Source: Gammaproteobacteria bacterium | GTDB lineage: Bacteria; Pseudomonadota; Gammaproteobacteria; JBIOEC01 | Direction of reading: 5' to 3' | Assembly (NCBI GenBank): GCA_965279305.1 | Contig: OZ257143.1 | Coordinates: 1,140,001 to 1,172,000, forward strand | Length of the DNA stretch: 32,000 nucleotides | Shown here: piece after piece, positions 8,342-16,392 of the stretch | Layout of the letters: each line of letters begins with the position of its first letter | Numbering within the stretch: position 1 is the first letter of the stretch | The notes under the pieces: generated by a model | Database searches by the model: none | Told to the model about the DNA's origin: nothing | What the model saw: the letters and a program-made list of their open reading frames with translations, nothing else | Translations under genes and position numbers: made by a program

Positions 8342-9702
8342 AAGACGAATTAGATCAAGTATTGGATAATAGTTCTTTTGAGAATGTTGATCCTCGCCAT
8401 GAAGATGAAGTAGGTATTGCTGTTAGTGAGCGCTCACATCATGATGACGATCGTCGTGAAAATGAAGCCGATGATAATGAAGAAGACTATTATCCTTCTG
8501 GTGATGAATACGAAATTGAAGAAGACACTGATGAAGTGGAAAATGAAGCCGATGAATTGAAGGAAGAGGCGGCGGATGAATTAAGAGAGGAAGCAAGAGA
8601 AGATGAAGAGCTTGCCCATGAAATAGCCAATGAAATAGAAGAGCCCAATGAATATCCTGGCAATGATGAGATGGATGAAAATGATGACGGCTTTACTTCT
8701 GAAGAAGAAATGATAGAAGAAAAAGAAACATTCTTCGATAAAATCAAAGCCAATTTAATTTATATATTAATTGCGTTGATTTTAATTGTGCCTGCGGCTA
8801 TGAAAATGTATAGCATCGTTTTTGGAACGGCACCTGCGCCAGTAGAGAAAGCGGCGCCTATTGGTTTTACTACCGAAAAAACACCTGCGCCTAATGCAAC
8901 CAATGCTAATCGTTCATCAGCGCCAGGAACAACAGAAGCAATGCCTACAGCACCGGTTGAAAAACCTTCTAGAGTTTTACCTTACTCTACACCACAAGCG
9001 CCTGTTCACACGCCATTAGCACCGCATATGCAAGAAATGCCTTCCACTACCATGGCGCCTGAAATTCAACCACCACAATCAGGTACGCCACAGCCTACAC
9101 CTGAATCTATGCCGACTCCTGTTGAACAAAGCACACAACAGGATAATACTGCTGATAGGTCATTGTTAGAATCAATGTTGCCGGATGGTGATGGGTCACA
9201 AGCAAATTCTGCTAATATGACAGAAGCACAAAATAGCGATCAAATTTTAAATCGTTATTTTGATCAAGAAACTAAAGTAGAACAGCAATTGAGTGATGTA
9301 TTAGTACGAATGAACGAAATGGATGCTCGTTTAACATCGCTGGATGATATCAATAAAAGATTGATGGCATTAGAAGAAAGCAATGCAGCTGATCTTGAGT
9401 TAAGCACAGAGTTGCGTCAAATCAGTGAAAAAGTGGCTCAATTAGAGCAGTCATTAATGCAGTTAAGACAACAGCCAGTACAAATGGCAGAAATGATTCC
9501 GAATCAAACCTCAGCTCCTATGGTAGCTCCTACGGCGATTACAGTAGAAGCGGTTATTCCAGGAAGAGCATGGGTTCGCAATCAAGATGGAGTATTAATG
9601 GTAGTAGAAGTGGGTGACGAAATTATGGGTGTAGGTAAAGTAACCCGTATTGATGCTAGAGAAGGCATTGTCGCTACGACTACCCAAGTATTTAAACAAT
9701 AA
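8338..9702 (+). CDS. icmG: IcmG/DotF (TraP-like) bitopic core-complex protein with expanded acidic N-terminus
   Basis: 454 aa. A ~135-aa Asp/Glu-rich N-terminus is followed by a single TM (LIYILIALILIVPAAMKMYSIVF), a Pro-rich linker, a coiled coil (LSDVLVRMNEMDARLTSLDDINKRLMALEE) and a small beta C-terminal domain. The assignment rests mainly on architecture and position between icmE and icmC. Confidence 0.6.
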   Translation: MKDELDQVLDNSSFENVDPRHEDEVGIAVSERSHHDDDRRENEADDNEEDYYPSGDEYEIEEDTDEVENEADELKEEAADELREEAREDEELAHEIANEIEEPNEYPGNDEMDENDDGFTSEEEMIEEKETFFDKIKANLIYILIALILIVPAAMKMYSIVFGTAPAPVEKAAPIGFTTEKTPAPNATNANRSSAPGTTEAMPTAPVEKPSRVLPYSTPQAPVHTPLAPHMQEMPSTTMAPEIQPPQSGTPQPTPESMPTPVEQSTQQDNTADRSLLESMLPDGDGSQANSANMTEAQNSDQILNRYFDQETKVEQQLSDVLVRMNEMDARLTSLDDINKRLMALEESNAADLELSTELRQISEKVAQLEQSLMQLRQQPVQMAEMIPNQTSAPMVAPTAITVEAVIPGRAWVRNQDGVLMVVEVGDEIMGVGKVTRIDAREGIVATTTQVFKQ

Positions 9703-9718
9703 GGCATAACATTTTTTT

Positions 9719-10234
9719 ATGGCACCTACCATTTATGAAATGCTAGCGAATTTGGCTGAAACAATGCCAAGTTTAACAGCCTTAGCGCAAGTATTTTCGT
9801 ATTTGACGGGTCTTACCATGATTATTGGTGCGCTTTATAAATTGCGTACCTTTGGTGACTTTAGGGTAATGATGTTCCAAGGGGTGGATATAAAAGGCCC
9901 GTTTGGACAAATTGTATTTGGTACTTTCTTACTTTGGTTGCCCACATCATTACAAGTAACGGCGGCGACTTTTTGGGGAGTAGGAGAGCCTATTGGATAT
10001 AATCCTGGTGGTGGATCTGTAGTAGATGAAGGCATAGCCGTGGCCATGGATATTATTCGATTTGTAGGTTTGATTGCATTTATACGTGGTTTTATGATTA
10101 TGGCACGTGTAAGTCAGCAAAGTGCGCAGCCGGGCACATTAGCTAAAGGTTTAACCCATATTATTGGGGGTATTTTGGCCTATCATATTGGCCCAACAGT
10201 CGATGTGATCCGTAATACTCTAGGTATTGGCTAG
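9719..10234 (+). CDS. icmC: IcmC/DotE (TraQ-like) polytopic inner-membrane protein
   Basis: 171 aa with several hydrophobic helices. Position between icmG and icmD matches the conserved order. Confidence 0.6.
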   Translation: MAPTIYEMLANLAETMPSLTALAQVFSYLTGLTMIIGALYKLRTFGDFRVMMFQGVDIKGPFGQIVFGTFLLWLPTSLQVTAATFWGVGEPIGYNPGGGSVVDEGIAVAMDIIRFVGLIAFIRGFMIMARVSQQSAQPGTLAKGLTHIIGGILAYHIGPTVDVIRNTLGIG

Positions 10235-10271
10235 ACAATTTAATACTAAAACTAAAAAAAGGAGATCAAGA

Positions 10272-10652
10272 ATGAAACATAAACTAAACCGCTTATTAGC
10301 GCTGAGCGCATCTTTACTGGTATCAGTAACGGCGTTTGCATCTGATGACACTATTGGTGACGTGGCCGAAACGGTTTTAAGCTCATTAGGTAGCGTAGAA
10401 ACCATGATTGTTGTACTTTGCTATATCGCAGGTCTTGGGTTTGCTGGTGCTGGAATTTTAAAATTCAAACAGCATAAAGATAACCCTACACAAGTACCAC
10501 TAGGTGCGCCTATTGCCATGATATTTATTTCTGCGGCTCTTATTTATTTACCACAAGTAATTAAAACCACTGGTTCTACTTTATTTGGTGGCGATCAAGA
10601 AAGTGCTGGCCAATATTTAGATGCTGAAGGCGGTACAGGAATGTTCAATTAA
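10272..10652 (+). CDS. icmD: IcmD/DotP (TraR-like) small membrane protein
   Basis: I prefer the internal ATG at 10272 (MKHKLNRLLALSASLLVSVTAFA), which follows the SD AGGAGA at 10260-10265, over the track start at 10227, which overlaps icmC. The product has a signal-like leader plus two hydrophobic helices and is about 126 aa, against ~132 aa in L. pneumophila. Confidence 0.62.
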   Translation: MKHKLNRLLALSASLLVSVTAFASDDTIGDVAETVLSSLGSVETMIVVLCYIAGLGFAGAGILKFKQHKDNPTQVPLGAPIAMIFISAALIYLPQVIKTTGSTLFGGDQESAGQYLDAEGGTGMFN

Positions 10653-10662
10653 GGCTAATTGA

Positions 10663-11301
10663 ATGGCTTTATTACCGTTAGGAATAAGAATCAATATTGA
10701 TGGAGCAAACGTTTTTCAGAGCAGGAAGGCGGATCCCGCTTTCCTGCGTCTGCAAAGCAAAATTTGGTCGCGAGATCGTTACATCTGCCGCTTTTGCGGT
10801 TTTCGCGCTAAAGAGTATCAAGAAGTTGTTAATGTTAATGGAAACTATAGGGATAACGATCCTAAAAATTTAGCAACATCATGCGTATTTTGTGCGCATA
10901 CTCAATTATTAGGTTTGAAAAATAATAGTAAAATCATTTATCTGCCTAATATGAGTCAAGTAGCCTTAAATCATTTTATAAGAATTCTTTTTTGCAGTTC
11001 CCGTATGGGTGAAGAATATGAAGAAACCTCTAAAGGGTTAATTCAAGCATTTAAAATGCGAGCGGCAACCATAGAAACTGTTTTTGGCCCTGATTGCAGT
11101 GACAGCGCCTTGTTTGCCCAAACGTTTATTGATGCAGCCGATCCTAAAAATAAATCGTATGCGCAGTTGTTCACGCAGTTACGATGGTTACCTAACCGTA
11201 ATGATTACGAAGATGTTATTAGCTACTGGTCAGAAAAAGTATTGACCAGAAAAATCATAGAGCAGGGAATAGCACAGGGAACAGCAAATGCCACTGATTG
11301 A
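10663..11301 (+). CDS. icmJ: IcmJ/DotN (TraT-like) zinc-binding coupling-complex protein
   Basis: 212 aa and cytoplasmic, with paired Cys motifs CRFCGF ... CVFCAH. Size and position directly upstream of, and overlapping, icmB match DotN. Confidence 0.75.
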   Translation: MALLPLGIRINIDGANVFQSRKADPAFLRLQSKIWSRDRYICRFCGFRAKEYQEVVNVNGNYRDNDPKNLATSCVFCAHTQLLGLKNNSKIIYLPNMSQVALNHFIRILFCSSRMGEEYEETSKGLIQAFKMRAATIETVFGPDCSDSALFAQTFIDAADPKNKSYAQLFTQLRWLPNRNDYEDVISYWSEKVLTRKIIEQGIAQGTANATD

Positions 11302-14293
11302 TTCAGCGCTTAATTCGATTGATGTACTGCTAGAATGGTTGGGCAGTAGCTTACATCAAACGACAGGATCTTATTGTCATCTTGAAACAGCCGACGATAG
11401 ACATACCTTAGTAGGTCGTGATGGCTCTTTAGTATCAATCATTCGTTTAAACGGTATTCGTTTTTTAGTAGGTGCAGAAGAATTTGAGCGCATACATCAT
11501 GGTGTTACCAATAGTTTACAAACCATTCTTTCTCGCTCTGGTCATACTGTTCAAGTATTTTTTAGTTTTGACCAAGATGGCGTAAAACAAGATATTAAAG
11601 ATATTTTATCCGCCGCTATTAGCACCTCTCATCGATTGAATTTACAATTAGATGATTTATTTAGCGAACGTATTAATCTATTATCAAAATACTGCGCCAA
11701 AGAAGCCTGTTTTCTTGCATTATGGACACGCCCTAATAGTTTATCTAAACGCCAATTAGACGCAGCCAATAAAGAAAAACTGAAAAAAATAAAGAAAAGC
11801 AAAATACCACCTATGCGATATGCACAAAGTATTATTGCTAGCATCCCTCAATTACGTAATTCTCATCATTCTTCTGTGCGTGCATTGGTGAATGATTTTA
11901 ATCAGGTAGGATTATCTACTGATTTGTTAGAAGTGCATGAAGCTTTACGTTGTGTCAGACAATCGATTGATACTGAATTCACCGATAAAGATTGGCGCCC
12001 AGTATTACCTGGCGATAAAATTCCACCCAAAGCACGGATCAGAAAAGGCAAAGATGTTTCTGATATTATGTGGCCCAATTTAGCGCGACAATTAATTCCA
12101 AGAGATGGTGAAAATTTAACGCTGCGCACGGCCTCTTTAGGTGATAGAGTGTATGCACCTTTATTTATTGATTTATTTCCGCAAGATGTAAAACCCTTTT
12201 CTGTTTTATTCCAACGGGCAGTAGCAGCGGGCATTCCTTGGCGTATTGCTTTTTTAATGGATAGCGATGGTTTATCGGGCTTACGGTTGAAATCCAGCAT
12301 TGCCGCTATTTTAAGTTTCGCTGCTAGCGAAAATCCATTAATCAATGATTCTGCTCGTATTTTAACGTATATTCAAAATAACACCGATGATGCAGTAGTG
12401 AAACTTCGCGTAATGTTAGCCACATGGGCACCTATTGGTGAAGATGCATTACTCAGAACACGTGCTGCTGAATTAGCGAAAGCAGTACAAGGCTGGGGAT
12501 TATGCGAAGTAGCTGATGTAACAGGTGATTCTTTTGCTGGCGTTATTTCAAGTTCTTTAGCCTTAAATACCACTAGTGTTGCAACCCCTAGTGTGGCGCC
12601 TGTGTCAGATGTAACTTATATGCTTCCCGTTACTCGTCCTTGTTCTACATGGCAATCAGGCGCTTTATTATTTCGTTCGCCTGATGGAAAACCTTGGCCG
12701 TATCAGCCTGGTTCCAGTATGCAAACTACTTGGATTGATTTAATTTATGCACGTCCGGGTTCGGGTAAATCGGTTTTATCTAATGCGATTAATTTAGCGC
12801 TTTGTTTAAACGCGGGGTTACAGCGGTTACCTCGTATTTCTATTATTGATATTGGTCCTTCCAGTAGTGGTTTAATTTCCTTGTTACAAGAATCACTGCC
12901 TGCCGATCAGCGGCATTTAGCGGCTTATCATCGTTTACGCATGACACCCGATTATGCGATTAATCCTTTTGATACTCAATTAGGAATGCGTGGTCCTACA
13001 CCTCAAGAGCGTAGCTTTTTAGTGAATTTTTTAACGTTATTAAGTACGCCACTAGGTGCTGAACGCCCTTATGATGGTATTACGGACATGGCGGGTTTAG
13101 TGGTTGATGAACTGTATAAACATCATTCTGATACGGGGAATCCTAGTTTATATTCAGCGAATATTAATAAAGAGGTAGATAAAACTTTATTAGAAATTCA
13201 TTTTCAATCCGATACACATACCACTTGGTGGGAAGTCACTGATGCATTATTTACCTCAGGGCATATTCATGAAGCCATATTAGCGCAACGTTATGCTATG
13301 CCTTTAATTGCCGATGCGGCTTCTATTGTTCGCACCGCTGCGGTAGAAGATTTATTTGGGAAAATTATTACTCCTACAGGTGAAACATTAGTGCAAGCAT
13401 TTGCTCGTATGATTTCCAGTGCTGTTCGTGAATATCCCGTGTTATCTCGCGTTACCGCGTTTGATATTGGCTCTGCACGAGTGGTTTCTCTGGATTTAGA
13501 TGAAGTGGCTAAAACAGGTGGTGAAGCGGCCGATCGTCAAACCGCCGTAATGTATATGTTGGCTCGTTATGTAATCGCGCGCGATTTTTATTTAACACCG
13601 GAAGGATTAGAAGATATTACGCCTACCTATCGTGATTATCATCGTGGACGTGTGGCGGATATTCGTGAAGATGCTAAACGTTTGGTTTATGATGAATTTC
13701 ATCGCACTACCAAAGCGCAAGCGGTTCGTGATCAGGTGATAGTGGATATGCGTGAAGGACGTAAATGGAAGGTGCAAGTGGCTTTATTATCTCAATCATT
13801 AGATGATTTTGATTCTGTGATGGTAGATTTTGCCACCAGTATTTTTATTATGGATGCTGGCCCTAAGCAAGCCGTTGAAAAATCCGCTAAAGTATTTGGT
13901 TTATCCGATACGGCTAAATTAGCACTCAGCAATCGTGTGCATGGGCCACGTGCGGGTGGTGGTACTTTCTTGGCACAATTTTCCACTAAAGAAGGAGTTA
14001 ATACGCAGTTATTAACTAATACTTTAGGTCCAATTGAATTATGGGCGTTTAGTACGACTTCTGAAGATAGTCGGGTGCGTAATGAATTATATCAGCGCAT
14101 AGGGCCTGCTGCGGCACGTAGAGTACTAGCTTATGCGTATCCTACTGGCACTATAGCGCCGATAGTAGAAAAACGTCTTGCGCAAATGCAAGAAGATCAT
14201 ATGTTAAGTGAAAATTCCGGTGCTAACATTACTCAGCAAATTGTAGAAGAGTTGCTCAATGAATATAAAAACAATCCTCGCTTCCATGAATAA
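11288..14293 (+). CDS. icmB: IcmB/DotO (TraU-like, VirB4-class) T4BSS ATPase
   Basis: 1001 aa (about 1009 in L. pneumophila) with Walker A ARPGSGKS in mid-protein. It overlaps icmJ by 14 nt and has no TM segments. Confidence 0.9.
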   Translation: MPLIDSALNSIDVLLEWLGSSLHQTTGSYCHLETADDRHTLVGRDGSLVSIIRLNGIRFLVGAEEFERIHHGVTNSLQTILSRSGHTVQVFFSFDQDGVKQDIKDILSAAISTSHRLNLQLDDLFSERINLLSKYCAKEACFLALWTRPNSLSKRQLDAANKEKLKKIKKSKIPPMRYAQSIIASIPQLRNSHHSSVRALVNDFNQVGLSTDLLEVHEALRCVRQSIDTEFTDKDWRPVLPGDKIPPKARIRKGKDVSDIMWPNLARQLIPRDGENLTLRTASLGDRVYAPLFIDLFPQDVKPFSVLFQRAVAAGIPWRIAFLMDSDGLSGLRLKSSIAAILSFAASENPLINDSARILTYIQNNTDDAVVKLRVMLATWAPIGEDALLRTRAAELAKAVQGWGLCEVADVTGDSFAGVISSSLALNTTSVATPSVAPVSDVTYMLPVTRPCSTWQSGALLFRSPDGKPWPYQPGSSMQTTWIDLIYARPGSGKSVLSNAINLALCLNAGLQRLPRISIIDIGPSSSGLISLLQESLPADQRHLAAYHRLRMTPDYAINPFDTQLGMRGPTPQERSFLVNFLTLLSTPLGAERPYDGITDMAGLVVDELYKHHSDTGNPSLYSANINKEVDKTLLEIHFQSDTHTTWWEVTDALFTSGHIHEAILAQRYAMPLIADAASIVRTAAVEDLFGKIITPTGETLVQAFARMISSAVREYPVLSRVTAFDIGSARVVSLDLDEVAKTGGEAADRQTAVMYMLARYVIARDFYLTPEGLEDITPTYRDYHRGRVADIREDAKRLVYDEFHRTTKAQAVRDQVIVDMREGRKWKVQVALLSQSLDDFDSVMVDFATSIFIMDAGPKQAVEKSAKVFGLSDTAKLALSNRVHGPRAGGGTFLAQFSTKEGVNTQLLTNTLGPIELWAFSTTSEDSRVRNELYQRIGPAAARRVLAYAYPTGTIAPIVEKRLAQMQEDHMLSENSGANITQQIVEELLNEYKNNPRFHE

Positions 14294-14996
14294 ATGTTAT
14301 CGTGGAACGCTTTTAACAACGGTGTTGCTTGCTTTTAGCATGCTTGCAGGTTGCTATGGCCCTTTAGAAGAATACCAGCGTACTACAGTAAAAATTGAAG
14401 ACGATGAATTTTATGTTGTTGAAGGTAGAGAGGCGAGGGAAGAAGTAAAGTTTGATTATATGTACAAGCATGTATGGCCTACCGCGCAAGTGAATAAAGT
14501 AATCAATTTGTGCCGCAAAGAAGGTGCGATTTTATACGTTAAAATACATAATCACAGTAGCATTAATACCGATGCATTTACTGATATTGTGATGACCACT
14601 TTACAAAAAAATGTTTTCTTTGATGAAATCATTACCCGAACTCCTACCATTTATATAAATACAACGCCTCAGTTATTTGAAGTGCTGCCCGATGGCAGAC
14701 GTTGGTATGATAATGATGATCCTTTGACTATTGGGGATATCAAAAATCGTTATCCTGATAAACCGTTGTTAATTTTAGAAATGCGTATGCAAGAATTTAA
14801 GAAAAACGAACCTTTAATGGTCACATTGAATTTAATTGATCCCGATGATAATCGTAGTATTGTTTATTTTGGTAAAAGCCAAGCTGCATGGTATTGGGCA
14901 CAAGATACACAAACTGAAAAAATCATTGATGATTTTAATCACTGGTTTTGGTATGTCGATCAATATTGTAAATGCAACTGTAGCTTAGAAGAGTAA
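14286..14996 (+). CDS. Hypothetical lipoprotein translationally coupled to icmB
   Basis: I prefer the ATG at 14286 (MNKCYRGTLLTTVLLAFSMLAGC, lipobox LAGC), which is embedded in the icmB stop (ATGAATAA). The track start at 14259 is in frame and also possible. The mature part is Trp/Tyr/Asp-rich and ends in CKCNCSLEE. I recognise no family. Confidence 0.65.
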   Translation: MNKCYRGTLLTTVLLAFSMLAGCYGPLEEYQRTTVKIEDDEFYVVEGREAREEVKFDYMYKHVWPTAQVNKVINLCRKEGAILYVKIHNHSSINTDAFTDIVMTTLQKNVFFDEIITRTPTIYINTTPQLFEVLPDGRRWYDNDDPLTIGDIKNRYPDKPLLILEMRMQEFKKNEPLMVTLNLIDPDDNRSIVYFGKSQAAWYWAQDTQTEKIIDDFNHWFWYVDQYCKCNCSLEE

Positions 14997-15010
14997 AAGG
15001 AGCCCGCAAA

Positions 15011-15850
15011 ATGCGCTATGTATGGATGTTAAGCTTATTGCTATTTTGCCATGTCGCAAGCGCTGTTGATATTTTTGGCACCGATTATTATTTTCGTGAT
15101 AGTTTTGTTAGGGTGGTAGACGATGAACGTGGAACTAGCCTAGTATTAATGGTTGATGATTTTTTTGATGAAAGCACTGGTGATACTTTAAAAGTAGAGC
15201 AATACGAAGCCTTAGAAAAAGTGACACGAGTGGTGAAAAGGCATTCTGATGTGGCTTTATCGATTACAGGGCATAGTGATAATATTTTACCTCAAGGTAA
15301 GCGTTATCAAGTTTCAGATGCTCAAGCACGCAGTGTAACTAACTTTTTATTAGCTTCTGGTGTTGATCCTAACCGTATTTTTGAAGTTGGTGGAGAAGGG
15401 GATTTATGGCCTGTCTCTTCTAACGATACTATGGAAGGGCGTCACCTGAATCGCCGTGTTGAGATTACTTTCTTGCGTAAACCACCAGCCACTGTCACAT
15501 TTATCGAGAAAAAACCAGAAAAGCCTAAAAAGATTAAAAGAGTAATGGTAAAAGAAAAAGAAGTAGAAAAAATTGAAGTAAAAATTAAAGAGCCTCATAA
15601 AGAAATCAAAGTGGAAATAGATGAAGTTACAGAGAAATCAGCAACGAAGCCAGTGAAAACAACAACGCTTATTGAAGTGGATGTAAATGAAGGCCAAAGC
15701 CATCAAAATAAGAGCCATCATAATAAGAGTCATCAAAGTAAGACGTCGCACAAAAATACGAAAAGTACGCATATAAAATCTTCACAAGAAGGATCAGTAC
15801 AAGAGAAATCAGGATGGAACAATTGGTTGAACAAATACATTCTACGATAA
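15011..15850 (+). CDS. icmN: OmpA-C-like peptidoglycan-binding protein, probable IcmN/DotK (TraW-like) with a Lys/Glu- and His/Lys/Ser-rich C-terminal tail
   Basis: 279 aa with a signal peptide (CHVASA-VD) and OmpA-like core motifs LSITGHSDN ... NRRVEITF. The ~120-aa tail is low complexity (KEKEVEKIEVKIKEPHKEIKVEIDEV; SHQNKSHHNKSHQSKTSHKNTKSTH). The DotK assignment rests on domain type and operon position only. Confidence 0.55.
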   Translation: MRYVWMLSLLLFCHVASAVDIFGTDYYFRDSFVRVVDDERGTSLVLMVDDFFDESTGDTLKVEQYEALEKVTRVVKRHSDVALSITGHSDNILPQGKRYQVSDAQARSVTNFLLASGVDPNRIFEVGGEGDLWPVSSNDTMEGRHLNRRVEITFLRKPPATVTFIEKKPEKPKKIKRVMVKEKEVEKIEVKIKEPHKEIKVEIDEVTEKSATKPVKTTTLIEVDVNEGQSHQNKSHHNKSHQSKTSHKNTKSTHIKSSQEGSVQEKSGWNNWLNKYILR

Positions 15851-16392
15851 GTATTATTCAACAGCATCTTCCAGAGTTACTTTGGTTTTTAGCCGGTGTT
15901 TGGATAATTAATATTGCTAATTGGGCATTCGGATCTCCTCTTTTTTTATTAGGAATTTTTCCTAGGCATCTTCGCGGTTTACCTGGAATTGTTATAGCCC
16001 CATGGATCCATAAAAATTTCAATCATCTTTTTTATAATTCTGTACCTTTGGTGCTATTGGCCAGTGCTGCATTAGTAACGGGTTGGAATAATTTTTTGAT
16101 TATCTCTAGCATTATTATTGTATTAAGCGGTAGTTTAATTTGGTTAGTAGGTCGCCCTGGATTGCATATTGGGGCTAGTGCCTTAATTATGGGATATTGG
16201 GCGTATTCTATTGCTCTTTCGTATTTTTTAGGAACAGCAGTAGCGTTGATTGTAGGGTTTATTGCTTTGTATTATTTTGGTAGTTTAGTGGTTAATTTAT
16301 TTCCCTCTGAAGAGCGCGTGTCTTGGGAAGGGCATGTGTATGGTTTTATTTCAGGTCTTGCCGCTGCCTACTGGCAATTTATTTGGGTATAA
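15814..16392 (+). CDS. Rhomboid-family intramembrane serine protease
   Basis: 192 aa and polytopic. It has the TM2-type motif WIHKNFNHLFYN, a TM4 Ser motif HIGASALIMG and a TM6 His motif GHVYGFISGLAAA. It overlaps the previous ORF by 37 nt. Confidence 0.7.
   Translation: MEQLVEQIHSTISIIQQHLPELLWFLAGVWIINIANWAFGSPLFLLGIFPRHLRGLPGIVIAPWIHKNFNHLFYNSVPLVLLASAALVTGWNNFLIISSIIIVLSGSLIWLVGRPGLHIGASALIMGYWAYSIALSYFLGTAVALIVGFIALYYFGSLVVNLFPSEERVSWEGHVYGFISGLAAAYWQFIWV

Noticed and set aside
8490-8753. 87-aa Ser-rich minus-strand ORF
   Set aside because: It is the mirror image of the GAA/GAT-rich acidic region of icmG (antisense TTC/ATC gives Ser/Ile/Phe runs). This is a compositional artefact.
10227-10271. 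Upstream start for icmD (MARQFNTKTKKRRSR...)
   Set aside because: It overlaps the icmC stop and lacks an SD. The ATG at 10272 has AGGAGA at ideal spacing and gives a normal signal-like N-terminus.
2601-10405. Other short antisense ORFs inside T4BSS genes (2601-2798, 3571-3756, 9835-10047, 10220-10405) and 15404-15598
   Set aside because: They are fully overlapped by better-supported sense genes. They are low complexity or Cys/Phe-rich, typical of antisense frames in AT-rich DNA.
11629-13986. Four minus-strand ORFs inside icmB (11629-11844, 11902-12345, 12373-12573, 13792-13986)
   Set aside because: All are nested antisense in a 1001-aa ORF with clear ATPase motifs. None has independent signals.
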